A stretch of DNA of 44,295 nt from Macrostomum lignano. Its lineage: Eukaryota. This document shows positions 1-13,200 of this stretch, piece by piece. Numbering within the stretch: position 1 is the stretch's first letter; the number at the start of each line of letters is the position of its first letter. The notes under the pieces were generated by a model that was not told the origin of the DNA, did no database searches, and saw only the letters and a program-made list of their open reading frames with translations. Made by a program: the position numbers and the translations under genes. The stretch spans positions 252,105 through 296,399 of the forward strand of contig NIVC01001672.1 of the NCBI GenBank assembly GCA_002269645.1, given 5' to 3'.

Positions 1-9
1 AGATTAGCC

Positions 10-1107
10 ATGGTAAGGCCAAGCATCTTGTGCAGGCTACTCAAGAGCCGCACTTCAGATTGTGTCTGTTCTCACGGTGCTTCATCAACCCCCCAGCCTG
101 TTTTCCAAGCCAGTTGTCTCCCTGTCTATTTGATTAAGCAGTGTGTTTGATTCAGACCCGCATTCCGTTCGCAGGAGACGGCAGCCACCGATTCGAAGCA
201 GCCGGAGCAGCGGCTCGAGTCCGAGGATACTCAACAGCAAGTTGCAGGTGAGTTTGCCGACACGCTTCTGGTTCAGCGACTGCGGATCTGCGGCTCAGCT
301 GACTCAGCCTTGGGCCATCCATTATTTAGTAGCATATGCTTGCCTTCATTCTCTGCGATTTGGAATCTGCCGGAGTTTCACCTGCACCATCTCCCTCTGT
401 CTGGCGTACTGCGCAGCCTGCGCTGAATCAGCTTCATCCCTCACTGCCTCGCTGGGATTCGCAGCCTCCTCCCTTGCGCCTCATCGTTTGCAGCCGCCCA
501 TTCCCAGAATCACGCAGCCCAGCAGCCGCCCATCTCACTGCCACTAGAATTTTGTGCCCATTGATTGTCTTTCAACTTTCACTTCGAGTTAATCTTTTAT
601 TTAATAACTGTTGCATTGCTATTCCCTTAGCGCTGGGGATCTGCAAATGTCAGTGCATTGCCGAAATTCAGCTGTCCGAAGTTCAACTGGCTGCGCTGTT
701 TTCCTTTGTAGTGTGGGGGGGTTAATTTGCCTGCACTTTTAACCTGCCCTGCGCCTGCTGGCTGCCCGCTGCATGTCTGCTGGCGTGCCGGCCATTTGTG
801 AATGCACTGCCGGGCTGCCGCGTGCCGAGTTTTGCTGCACGGTCTGCGGTCATCTTGAATTCCATTTCTGCGCAGCTGCTTGTGGCTTAAACTGGGGCGA
901 CAGACAGACAGACAGACAGACAGACACTAAGACAGACAGACAGACAGACAGACACTAAGACAGACAGACAGACACTAAGACAGACAGACAGACACACAGA
1001 CAGACAGACACACAGACAGACACACAGACAGACAGACAGACAGACACACAGACAGACAGACAGACAGACAGACACACAGACAGACATACAGACAGACAGA
1101 CAGACAC

Positions 1108-1138
<31 letters not shown>

Positions 1139-1179
1139 CACAGACAGACAGACAGACAGACAGACACACAGACAGACAT

Positions 1180-1242
<63 letters not shown>

Positions 1243-4200
1243 CACAGACAGACAGACAGACACACAGACAGACACTAAGACACTAAGACAATAGGAGAGA
1301 CAGACAGACAGAGGCATAAATCGACATGCATAAACGGAAGCATAGCTTACAGACGCAAACCTGGTGACGAAAATATCAAATTTATTTTGTTTCATTTCTC
1401 TCCTGCCCGTGCGCTGCCGCCGCATGAGCTTGTCAGCTAAAGTCGGTCACTCACTGCTACTCACCCAGGCGCTGATTTGCGTCACAAATACCTGCTCAAT
1501 TTTTGGAGTGCCACAATTTATTTATTATTAAGCTTTCCCTGTCTCAGTGCATGCGCATGCCTTGCAGTGCTGTGGCCACCCACCCCACCCTCCGCTCCCC
1601 GCTCGCCCGCTCGAACCGAACAGCCGCTGAAGAAGAGTCTGGAGGCGAAGACCAGCCGCCGTTGGAATCCGTCGGAGACGAGGAGAGCGCAGAGGAGGCC
1701 GTTGCCATAGCAACCGAGTCTGCCAACGGCGACGAATTTGGCAGCCGCATGAGCAGCGGCAACGGCAGCGTTGGTCAGGGACAGGTGAGGTTGGGATTTA
1801 ATTACGGTGTGTTGCCATGCTATGCCAAATGTTTCAATTCCTTTCCTGCTCTTGGAAGAGCTCTGCTTCTAGCAGCAGATGGCAGCAGCAGCGGCAGTCA
1901 GCCAGCAATCCATTCGGCAGAGGGCCGGCGTCCAGCTTATTCAGGCACAACAGCACAGCCTCCTGCTCTAGAGGCAGCTATGTAATTACCTGTCAATCAA
2001 TGATGTGCTGCTTTGTACTTTCCTAGAAAGTGCGGCTTGCCGGGACACGCAGTTGGCACCGCGCCAGCCCAGTCTGCCTGCTCCGCAATGCACCGATTTC
2101 TTTTGATTCTTCTTTAGCGTCTGCATGCTGGCATACAGACTCTACTGGCTTGAGTTGCACTCAGAGGCATTGCTGTTTAATCAACTGCAACTATTTGGCA
2201 TGCTCTCCAATGTCGCCTGTTGCACACCTTGCAGCCTTTCTGCACCATCGTCTATGCGCAAACAGAAGATCTGCTTTTATGCTCTTGAAGGATGAAGAAG
2301 ACATTTCCAATCCTCCTCCCTTAGATTGAGACAATGGGCTTCTGGTCCGAGAATCTTGTGCCGGACACGGAGCCCGACTGTCTGTGCGGCTCACTTGTGC
2401 GGGTTCGGTCTCAGTTGACTGTTGCTTGTTTTCAGTATTGCTGTTGCCTGTGATCATACTCACGAATAGTAGTTCATCACCTGAGCAATCACGTGATTTC
2501 TGGGCACACACGTACCTGATATTGTACCGATTCACCTATGATGTCAACCTTCTTGGTCACATTGAATTAATTTGTAAATTTAAACAAATGCTGCTTGTGC
2601 CATGATATTGGTCGCTTCGTGTCAGAAGATCTCTGTCGACTTGTGTCAGAGCCTCTTCGATTTGTGTCAGAGCCTCGTTGTTTTGTGTAAGATCTTTGTC
2701 AATTTTATGTCTGAGTTTCGTCGGTGTATGTCAGAGCTTTGCCGATTTGTGTCAGATCTTTGCCGATTTGTGTCAGATCTTTGCCGATTTGTGTCAGATC
2801 TTTGCCGATTTGTGTCAGATCTTTGCCGATTTGTGTCGAAGCTTTGCCGATTTGTGTCAGTTCTTTGCCGATTTGTGTCGAAGCTTTGCCGATTTGTGTC
2901 AGTTCTCTGCTGATTTGTGTCAGATATTTTCCAGTTTGTGTCAGATCTTTGCCGATTTGTGTCAGATATTTTCCAGTTTGTGTCAGATCTTTGCTGATTT
3001 GTGTCGAAGCTTTGCCGATTTGTGTCAGTTCTCTGCTGATTTGTGTCAGATATTTTCCAGTTTGTGTCAGATCTTTGCCGATTTGTGTCAGATATTTTCC
3101 AGTTTGTGTCAGATCTTTGCTGATTTGTGTCGAAGCTTTGCCGATTTGTGTCAGATATTTTCCAGTTTGTGTCAGATCTTTGCTGATTTGTGTCGAAGCT
3201 TTTCCGATTTGTGTCAGATATTTGCCACTTTGTGTGAGATCTGTGCGGATATGTGTCCAATATTTGCCAGTTTGTATCAGAAATTCGTCGGTGTGTGTCA
3301 GATCTTTGCCGATTTGTGTCAGATCTTCGTCAGCTTGTGTAGGGCTTCGTCGATTTGTGTCAATGCCTTTCAGAAGTTGTTACCACTTTTATTTTGCACT
3401 CGTTGAGTCTTAGTTTTTGTTCTTAAATTTGCCTCCAACTTCACAGCACCCTAAGGTATTGAATCTGCAACCTGCAAAGCAATTTCTGAAACAAATCTGC
3501 TTTTTCATTCGCAGGGCGGAGGCGCCGACTCCTGCAAAATGTGCCACGGGCGGGTTTACCCAATGGAGCGGCTAACCTCCGATGGCCAGGTGTACCACAA
3601 GTCCTGCTACCGCTGCTACAAGTGCAAGCGGCAGCTCAGGTATGGCGTTTGGCTGTGCATTTTTCTGGGGGGTTTCTGTTGCTAAGCTGCTAAATAGTGA
3701 ATGCTAAAGACTCAAGATAGTAAATGCTGAAGACTCAAGATAGTGAATGGTGAAGACTCAAGATAGTGAACGGTGAAGACTCAAGATAGTGAATGCTGAA
3801 GACTCAAGATAGTGAATGGTGAAGACTCAAGATAGTGAATGCTGAAGACTCAAGATAGTGAATGCTGAAGACTCAAGATAGTGAATGGTGAAGACTCAAG
3901 ATAGTGAATGGTGAAGACTCAAGATAGTGAATGGTGAAGACTCAAGATAGTGAATGGTGAAGACTCAAGATAGTGAATGCTGAAGACTCAAGATAGTGAA
4001 TGGTGAAGACTCAAGATAGTGAATGGTGAAGACTCAAGATAGTGAATGCTGAAGACTCAAGATAGTGAATGGTGAAGACTCAAGATAGTGAATGCTGAAG
4101 ACTCAAGATAGTGAATGGTGAAGACTCAAGATAGTGAATGCTGAAGACTCAAGATAGTGAATGGTGAAGACTCAAGATAGTGAATGGTGAAGACTCAAGA

Positions 4201-7200
4201 TAGTGAATGGTGAAGACTCAAGATAGTGAATGCTGAAGACTCAAGATAGTGAATGGTGAAGACTCAAGATAGTGAATGGTGAAGACTCAAGATAGTGAAT
4301 GCTGAAGACTCAAGATAGTGAATGGTGAAGACTCAAGATAGTGAATGCTGAAGACTCAAGATAGTGAATGGTGAAGACTCAAGATAGTGAATGGTGAAGA
4401 CTCAAGATAGTGAATGCTGAAGACTCAAGATAGTGAATGCTGAAGACTCAAGATAGTGAATGCTGAAGACTCAAGATAGTGAATGGTGAAGACTCAAGAT
4501 AGTGAATTGTGAAGACTCAAGATAGTGAATTGTGAAGACTCAAGATAGTGACTCCAGTCTGCTGTCGCACTCCAAAATTTCAGCGTCGGCAATTTCGCCA
4601 TCATGGACGACCGGCTGTACTGCCAGCCTCACTACATTGAGCTGTTCCGGCTGAAGGGTTGGTGAAGCTGAACTGTTGCTCATTAATAGTCTTGAGTTCT
4701 GACCCAACAGCTTATGGCTCCAACTTGCTACTCTCCCAATTGCAGGCAGCTACCGCTTCCACGATTCGGCTGGAGTCCCGGTTAACTCCATAGGTTTGCA
4801 TGCTGGCCTAGTTGGCCTCTCGCCTTTTATTACCGATTACCGACTCATACACCTGCCCTAATTGCATGTCTTGAATGAGCATGAGATCAGCTTGGTTCGG
4901 ATTTTGAGCTGAGGACAGCTTTTTGTTTAAACCGGGACTCCCTCATTCTTGACTGGACACTTTTCAAACCCCTGCAAATTCAGATTGAAAATTCCCTAAA
5001 TATTCTTTCTAGCTACTAACTAGACAAGTAGTTTAATCGCGAATTTTTTCTAATCAAATAATTATTGTAGCAGGAAGCGGCGACGAGTCCGTTGAGAACG
5101 GCGGCGGCTCTAACGACAGCGGCCACGTGCCCAAGCTCAGCAACATCAAGTCTCGCTTCGAGTCCTTTGAGGAGCAGCCGCCCGCGTCTCCATCTAAGAG
5201 GAAGGAGAAGGTGAGGAGATTGGGGTTTGAGTTGTTTGCATTGGCGAGCAGTTCCCAGATTCTCAGTTGCTGGGCCAGCCTCCCAGATCCTCAGTTGCCG
5301 GGCCAGCCACCCAGATTCTCAGTTGCTGGGCCAGCCTCCCAGATCCTCAGTTGCTGGGCCAGCCACCCAGATTCTCAGTTGCTGGGCCAGCCTCCCAGAT
5401 TCTCAGTTGCTGGGCCAGCCACCCAGATTCTCAGTTGCTGGGCCAGCCTCCCAGATCCTCAGTTGCTGGGCCAGCCACCCAGATTCTCAGTTGCTGGGCC
5501 AGCCTCCCAGATCCTCAGTTGCTCCGCTGCCTTCCTCGATCCTCAGTTGCTGAGCCAGCCTCCCAGATCCTCAGTTGCTGAGCCAGCCGCCCAGATTCTC
5601 AGTTGCTGGGCCAGCCTCCCAGATTCTCAGTTGTTCCGCTGCCCTCCCAGATCCTCAATTGCTGAGCCAGCCGCCCAGATTCTCAGTTGCTGGGCCAGCC
5701 TCCAGATGCTCAGTTGCTGGGCCAGCCACCCAGATTCTCAGTTGCTGGGCCAGCCTCCCAGATCCTCAGTTGCTCCGCTGCCCTCCCAGATCCTCAGTTG
5801 CTGAGCCAGCCGCCCAGATTCTCAGTTGCTAGGCCAGCCTCCCAGATGCTCAGTTGCTCCGCTGCCCTCCCAGATCCTCAGTTGCTGGGCCAGCCTCCCA
5901 GATCCTCAGTTGCTGGGCCAGCCTCCCAGATCCTCAGTTGCTGGGCCAGCCTCACAGATCCTCAGTTGCTGGGCCAGCCTCCCAGATCCTCAGTTGCTGG
6001 GCCAGCCTCCCAGATCCTCAGTTGCTGGGCCAGCCGCCCAGATCCTTAGTTGCTGGGCTAGCCTCCCAGATCCTCAGTTGCTGGGCCAGCCTCCCAGATC
6101 CTCAGTTGCTGGGCCAGCCTCACAGATCCTCAGTTGCTGGGCCAGCCTCCCAGATCCTCAGTTGCTGGGCCAGCCTCCCAGATCCTCAGTTGCTGGGCCA
6201 GCCGCCCAGATCCTTAGTTGCTGGGCTAGCCTCCCAGATCCCCAGTTACTTCGCTTCCCTCCCAGAGTAACTCAGTTGCTCAGTTGCTGGGCCGTCGCAA
6301 CCTTCGCAGATTCTGAGATCTGAGTTTTGCATTAAGTTTTGCTGCTGCAAGCACTAGCAGAATGTATTAACTAAGGCATTATCAGTCTTGATTGCTAAAG
6401 CTTGAAGCAAGTGAGCATTAAGTTAGCAGCAGTTCTAATTGCTACCCAGTCGCAGCACCCAGCTACGTGCAAAGGGAAATGGCCAGTTAAATTGGTCTGG
6501 AAAATATTCTATCCAGCTTGCCGAGCCGGCGGCATCATCAAAGGTTTCCAAGGCAACCGTTCAGCTAAGAATGGTCGCTAGGCAGTCGTCTGTTTCCGGA
6601 TTACAGTCCCCGATCGATGCTAATGCTGATCCATTGGTTGCTACGCAACAGCCGGTTGCTAAGGAGACGCCGGTTGCTAGGCAATCATCGGTGACTTCTC
6701 TGCTGCCAGTTGCTAGGCAGCAATTTTTGTCCTTTCAACCGCCTTCGGTTTCTCCGCCCTCGAATGCTGTTGCTATGCAACCATTTGTGGCTGCTACGCA
6801 ACCATCTCCAGTGGTTGCTACGCTGTCTTCTCCGGAGGTTGCTATGCAGCCTGCAGTTGCTAGGCAACCAATGCCGGCATCCAGCGGCAACACTCGGCAC
6901 CCGAAGCTGACAGCCGAGCTGTCCTGCGCTCCGAACTTTCCCTCCGACTACGACGAGGGCGACTCTGCCGCCCCTGACGAGGCCGAAGAGATGGAGACTG
7001 CGCAGCCTCCTGCATCATCTGGGGTACCTTTTTAACGGCGATCTGCTTTCCTTAGACTTCCTTTCTTTTGATTCGTGGATCGGTTCAGCACTCGTCATTC
7101 GGCATTAATAATTGGTTCACCTGGTCCTGTTCACCTTCGCATGCTTCACGGTCGGATGAGTCACTCAGCTGGCAAGAGGCGATCAAAGCTTTAATATTTT

Positions 7201-10200
7201 AGTTTATTTACTTTTTCACTGGTTATTTCACTGGTGTCCGACTCAAAACACTTTTCAATCCCGAGTCCCAATTCTCCAAATCCCAAATTCCAGTTCGAAT
7301 CCCAAACCTAATCCTAAATTCCAATCCATAAAATCCCGAATCGCACTCCATCAAATCCCGAATCCCAGTTCATCAAATCCCGAATCCCAAACCTAATCCT
7401 AAATCCCAATCCATCAAATCCCGAATCGCACTCCATCAAATCCAGAATCCCAATCTATCAAATCCCGAATCCCAATCCATCAAATCCCGAATCCCAGTTC
7501 ATCAAATCCCGAATCCCAATCTATCGAATCCCGAATCCCAATCCATCAAATCCCGAATCCCAATCCATCAAATCCCGAATCCCAGTTCATCAAATCCCGA
7601 ATCCCAATCTGTCGAATCCCGAATCCCAATCCATCAAATCCCGAATCCCAATCTATCAAATCCCGAATCCCAATCCATCAAATCCCGAATCCCAGTTCAT
7701 CAAATCCCGAATCCCAATCTATCGAATCCCGAATCCCAATCCATCAAATCCCGAATCCCAATCCATCAAATCCCGAATCCCAGTTCATCAAATCCCGAAT
7801 CCCAATCTGTCGAATCCCGAATCCCAATCCATCAAATCCCGAATCCCAATCTATCGAATCCCGAATCCCAATCCATCAAATCCCGAATCCCAATCTATCG
7901 AATCCCGAATCACAATCCATCAAATCCCGAATCCCAATCCATCAAATCCCGAATCCCAATCCATCAAATCCTGAATCCCAATCCATCAAATCCCGAATCC
8001 CAATCCATCAAATCCCGAATCCCAATCCATCAAATCCCGAATCCCAATCCATCAAATCCCGAATCCCAGTTCATCAAATCCCGAATCCCAATCCATCAAA
8101 TCCCGAATCCCAATCTATCGAATCCCGAATCCCAATCCATCAAATCCCGAATCCCAGTTCATCAAATCCCGAATCCCAATCCATCAAATCCCGAATCCCA
8201 ATCCATCAAATCCCGAATCCCAATCCATCAAATCCCGAATCCCAGTTCATCAAATCCCGAATCCCAATCCATCAAATCCCGAATCCCAATCTATCGAATC
8301 CCGAATCCCAATCCATCAAATCCCGAATCCCAGTTCATCAAATCCCGAATCCCAATCCATCAAATCCCGAATCCCAATCCATCAAATCCCGAATCCCAAT
8401 CCATCAAATCCCGACTCCCAAAGCATCGCGTTCGCACGCAGCTCCCCACCTGGATCCGCCCAGGTGTACTACGCTGGCCTGCAGTCTGCCAGACACCGCT
8501 ACGAGACGGCCACCAGCGAGAAGGAGCGGCCGCACTCGGAGAAGCCAAAGCGCTTCACCCCGCCCAGGGAGGGCAGCGCCGGAGTGGTCGAAAGCCAGCC
8601 GCAGGAGTTGCCACCAGATGTAGTCCGTTGCTATGACAACGGCGACTCGGACGACCGGCCGGCACCCGGCAGCAGCCGCAACGTGCTGGCCCGCTTCCGG
8701 GAGATCGAGCAGCAGAACGGCAGCCACCAGCCGCCTGCCAAGGAGGCGGAGGCCCGGCCGCGATCTGTGAGTGCCGCCCTCAGTTTTAACTGAATTTGTG
8801 AGCTGTCAGCAGCGCAGAATGCGCCAGAATGCTCAAATCGGCTGTCTTATATCTGAAGCTAAAATAAAAGGCCATAGGTATTACTACTGAGGTGAAGAAT
8901 CGGTAAGTAGTGTGTTGCTCAATGAAAACCCGATCGCTCTCTGAGAGTCAGCAAATTCAAAAGATTTTCCTTAAATTCAAATAATACTACTCGTTAATCA
9001 CTTCATCTCAGTAGTATGTCCTGTTTGCTAATAAGTTTGGCCTTATTTTTTATGCAAAGCGGTCGACTGAGCATTCTGGCCTGTTCTGCGCTTTAGAGGG
9101 GATTTCAGCTTAGTCAGAAAATGGTTTCCGGCTTATCAGACCCGCCGTCTCCCCGTGGTCTCCCACTGACTGCACTGAGCAGGCATGTACACTTCACTGT
9201 GCCTTGGGGGTTGGGCCTCAAGGCCGTTAATTGCACGAGCAGAGCCAAGCTGAGATTCCAGTTTAGCCCCAAATTCATGTGAGTGCACTTGGAATGGAGC
9301 TCGGGGCCGCTGGCACATCAGAGCGCCGCGCCAGACTACTTGGCGCTTCCATTTTCCGACTAGTAAAAATTTGATTTTATGAAAGTCCCGGTCCAGACTC
9401 CAGCATCATCCGTGCCGCTCTCTGATCTCCCGAACTAAAATCGCAAATTAGCGAAATTGCGCCTCGGAGTCGTCAGCCAGCGATGAAGCTGAGCGGGAAT
9501 CTGCGCCAGCAGCCAGCAGCTGCCTGGACGGCCTGCCGCAGGTCAGCGCCGCCCGCAGCCTGCTTGACCTCTGGCGCCGCCGGGAGTCGCAGGCGGCTGC
9601 GGCTGCGCAATTCCAGGTTGATCATTCGCATTGTTGTGCCTTCCTTATCCCATCCTGGCTCTTTGTCCTGTCACTCTGTCAGAGATGATCCTGTCACTCT
9701 GTCACAGAGATCCTGTCACTCTGTCACAGAGATCCTGTCACTCTGTCACAGAGATCCTGTCACTCTGTCACAGAGATCCTGTCACTCTGTCACAGAGATC
9801 CTGTCACTCTGTCACAGAGATCCTGTCACTCTGTCACAGAGATCCTGTCACTCGGGCACTGGGTGTTTATCCTGACAGACACCCGATATTTATGGCCTAT
9901 AAGCACTGCAGTATCTTGCTACTTTGGATTCTCTGCTCTGTGTTGGTAACTTCATTTACTGTTTTAAACTCCACATTCATATGACTAGACTTCAGATATG
10001 CACTGCCATTCTCTGGATCTTTCTCTGGTCTCTAGATCTGGACTGACAGTCTCTAGACCTGGACTGGCAGTCTCTAGACCTGGACTGGCAGTCTCTAGAC
10101 CGGGACTGACAGTCTCTAGACCTGGACTGACAGTCTCTAGACCTGGGCTGGCAGTCTCTAGACCTGGACTGGCAGTCTCTAGACCGGGACTGTCAGTCTC

Positions 10201-13200
10201 TAGATCTGGACTGACAGTCTCTAGACCTGGACTGGCAGTCTCTAGACCTGGACTGGCAGTCTCTAGATCTGGACTGACAGTCTCTAGACCTGGACTGGCA
10301 GTCTCTAGACCTGGACTGACAGTCTTTAGACCTGGGCTGGCAGTCTCTAGAACTTGACTGACAGTCTCCAGACCTGACACGTGTTGAAAATGCCCTTAAT
10401 TCCTAAATCGCTATCGCTTGCTAAAGGGCTCCCGCATCAGCTCGATGTGGGAGAAGGCGCTTGAGGAGGAGACCAAGCGACCCCGGCAGAACAGGATAGA
10501 CCCCCACGTGAGTGTGCAGCAAAACTGGCGAGCTTCTCCAGTTTTGACAAGCATGATTTTCCCGTGTTGGAAGCTGCGAGCCCGAGATTTCCGCGTGTTT
10601 AGAGAGCGCACCCGTGCATTTGTACTTTTGCTGTTTTTTTATTTGTGTCAAGTTTAACTGACTCACGGTTTGCACTTTTCTGCGCCTCTCACCGGTTATT
10701 TTATTACTCTGTGTAATTATTTGTCCTGCTTTCCTACTTTTCATTTATATGGAAAATCCTTTGCTTGTTACATAAAGTGTTCCAGTCATGTACGAGTATG
10801 TGCGCGAACTGATGGCAGTTTGTCTGCCCTGTGTCCGCATGAGCTGTTCTGCTTGCGTGTGCGGTTCAGAACAAAGACTAGCAGCTGGCTGAGATGCTTG
10901 CGTGTGCGGTTCAGAACAAAGACCAGCAGCTGGCTGAGATGCTTGCGTGTGCGGTTCAGAACAAAGACCAGCAGCTGGCTGAGATGCTTGCGTGTGCGGT
11001 TCAGAACAAAGACCAGCAGCTGGCTGAGATGCTTGCGTGTGCGGTTCAGAACAAAGACCAGCAGCTGGCTGAGATGCTTGCGTGTGCGGTTCAGAACAAA
11101 GACCAGCAGCTGGCTGAGATGCTTGCGTGTGCGGTTCAGAACAAAGACCAGCAGCTGGCTGAGATGCTTGCGTGTGCGGTTCAGAACAAAGACCAGCAGC
11201 TGGCTGAGATGCTTGCGTGTGCGGTTCAGAACAAAGACCAGCAGCTGGCTGAGATGCTTGCGTGTGCGGTTCAGAACAAAGACCAGCAGCTGGCAGCAGT
11301 GCACGCAGCAAGTCACCGCTTTTTTCTCGCGTCACCTCGGAGCCCGCATGCCGCCTGCCGTCTGCCGTGACCAATTCCGAATCTGCCACCGAGTCTGCAA
11401 CCCCGAATCCGCAAACGAATCTAATTTCAAACTTCGCACGCCAACGCAGCAAGAGATCCAGTCCTTCGCCTCGCAGTCGGCCACCGCAGTCTACGAGAAC
11501 GAGCCCGCCCCGCTGCCGATGGTGTCGTGCGGTACGGCCAGTCCGCTACCGACGGAGCACAGGACCAGCTGGAGCAGCAGTACACCAAACGGCTCAAGGA
11601 GAAGTTCCTGCTCGAGTCCCAGCAGCAGAAAACTGTGGAGAGACCGGTGAGAGTCAAGTTGTTCCAGTCTGACTCAAACTGTCTCAGTCTCACTCAAGCT
11701 GACCCAGTCTCACTCAAACTGTCCCAGTCTCACTCAAACTGTCCCAGTCTCACCTCAAGCTGTCCCAGACTCACTCAAACTGTCCCATACTCACTCAAGC
11801 TGTCCCAGACTCACTCAAGCTGTCCCAGTCTCACTCAAGCTGTCCCAGACTCACTCAAGCTGTCCCAGTCTCACTCAAACTGTCCCAGTCTCACCTCAAG
11901 CTGTCCCAGACTCACTCAAACTGTCCCATACTCACTCAAGCTGTCCCAGACTCACTCAAGCTGTCCCAGTCTCACTCAAACTGTCCCAGTCTCACCTCAA
12001 GCTGTCCCAGACTCACTCAAACTGTCCCATACTCACTCAAGCTGTCCCAGACTCACTCAAGCTGTCCCAGTCTCACTCAAGCTGTCCCAGACTCACTCAA
12101 GCTGTCCCAGTCTCACTCAAACTGTCCCAGTCTCACCTCAAGCTGTCCCAGACTCACTCAAACTGTCCCATACTCACTCAAGCTGTCCCAGACTCACTCA
12201 AGCTGTCCCAGTCTCACTCAAGCTGTTCCAGACTCACTCAAGCTGTCCCAGTCTCACTCAAGCTGTCCCAGACTCACTCAAGCTGTCCCAGACTCACTCA
12301 AGCTGTCCCAGACTCACTCAAGCTGTCCCAGTCACACTCAAGCTGTCCCAGACTCACTCAAACTGTCCCAGTCACACTCAAGCTGTCCCAGGCTCACCCA
12401 AACTTCCCCAGTCTCACTTCACCTTGCCTCCCCAATCCTCAGCCCATCCGTCTAGACGAAGGCGAGGGCGGCATCTACGAGAACGAGCCGGTGCAGCTGC
12501 CCGACGTTGTCCGGCCGGACCCCGCGGCGGCCGAGGACTACCGGCTGTACGCTGAGGGCAAGTGCGCCACCCTGGCCAAGCAGCGCTTCATGTCCGAGGC
12601 GGCGCAGAAGGCGGCCTCGGCCGAGCGACGCGTGGTGCTGGAGCTTGCCAACGATAGCGGTGTGTACGAGAACTGTCCGGAGGTCCGCGACGATGTCGCC
12701 CGCTGGGGCGCCCAGGACGAGGCAGCCGCCTTCGATCCGGCCGGCGCCTACAGCCGCGCAGTCAGCGCCTGGCAGCAGGCCGGCAGCCAGCAGCAGCCCG
12801 CGGCGCCCAAGGTGAGGCTGTCTCTGAAGGTGCCTGTCATTCCTCACTCTGTAGTGTCTGTCACTCCTCACTCTGTAGTGTCTGTCACTCCTCACTCTGT
12901 AGTGTCTGTCACTCCTCACTCTGTAGTGTCTGTCACTCCTCACTCTGTAGTGTCTGTCACTCCTCACTCTGTAGTGTCTGTCATTCCTCACTCTGTAGTG
13001 TCTGTCACTCCTCACTCTGTAGTGTCTGTCACTCCTCACTCTGTAGTGTCTGTCATTCCTCACTCTGTAGTGTCTGTCACTCCTCACTCTGTAGTGTCTG
13101 TCACTCCTCACTCTGTAGTGTCTGTCACTCCTCACTCTGTAGTGTCTGTCATTCCTCACTCTGTAGTGTCTGTCACTCCCCACACCACCGAGTCTGTCAC

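Noticed and set aside
2328-2401. Possible alternative first or cassette exon of the LIM gene ([23 protein letters not shown]|gttcgg)
   Set aside because: The phase fits but the donor is weak and there is no homology support; left unannotated.
11510-11525. Programmed ribosomal frameshift in the LIM gene
   Set aside because: No slippery heptamer is evident, and similar -1 events elsewhere in the window point to sequence error.
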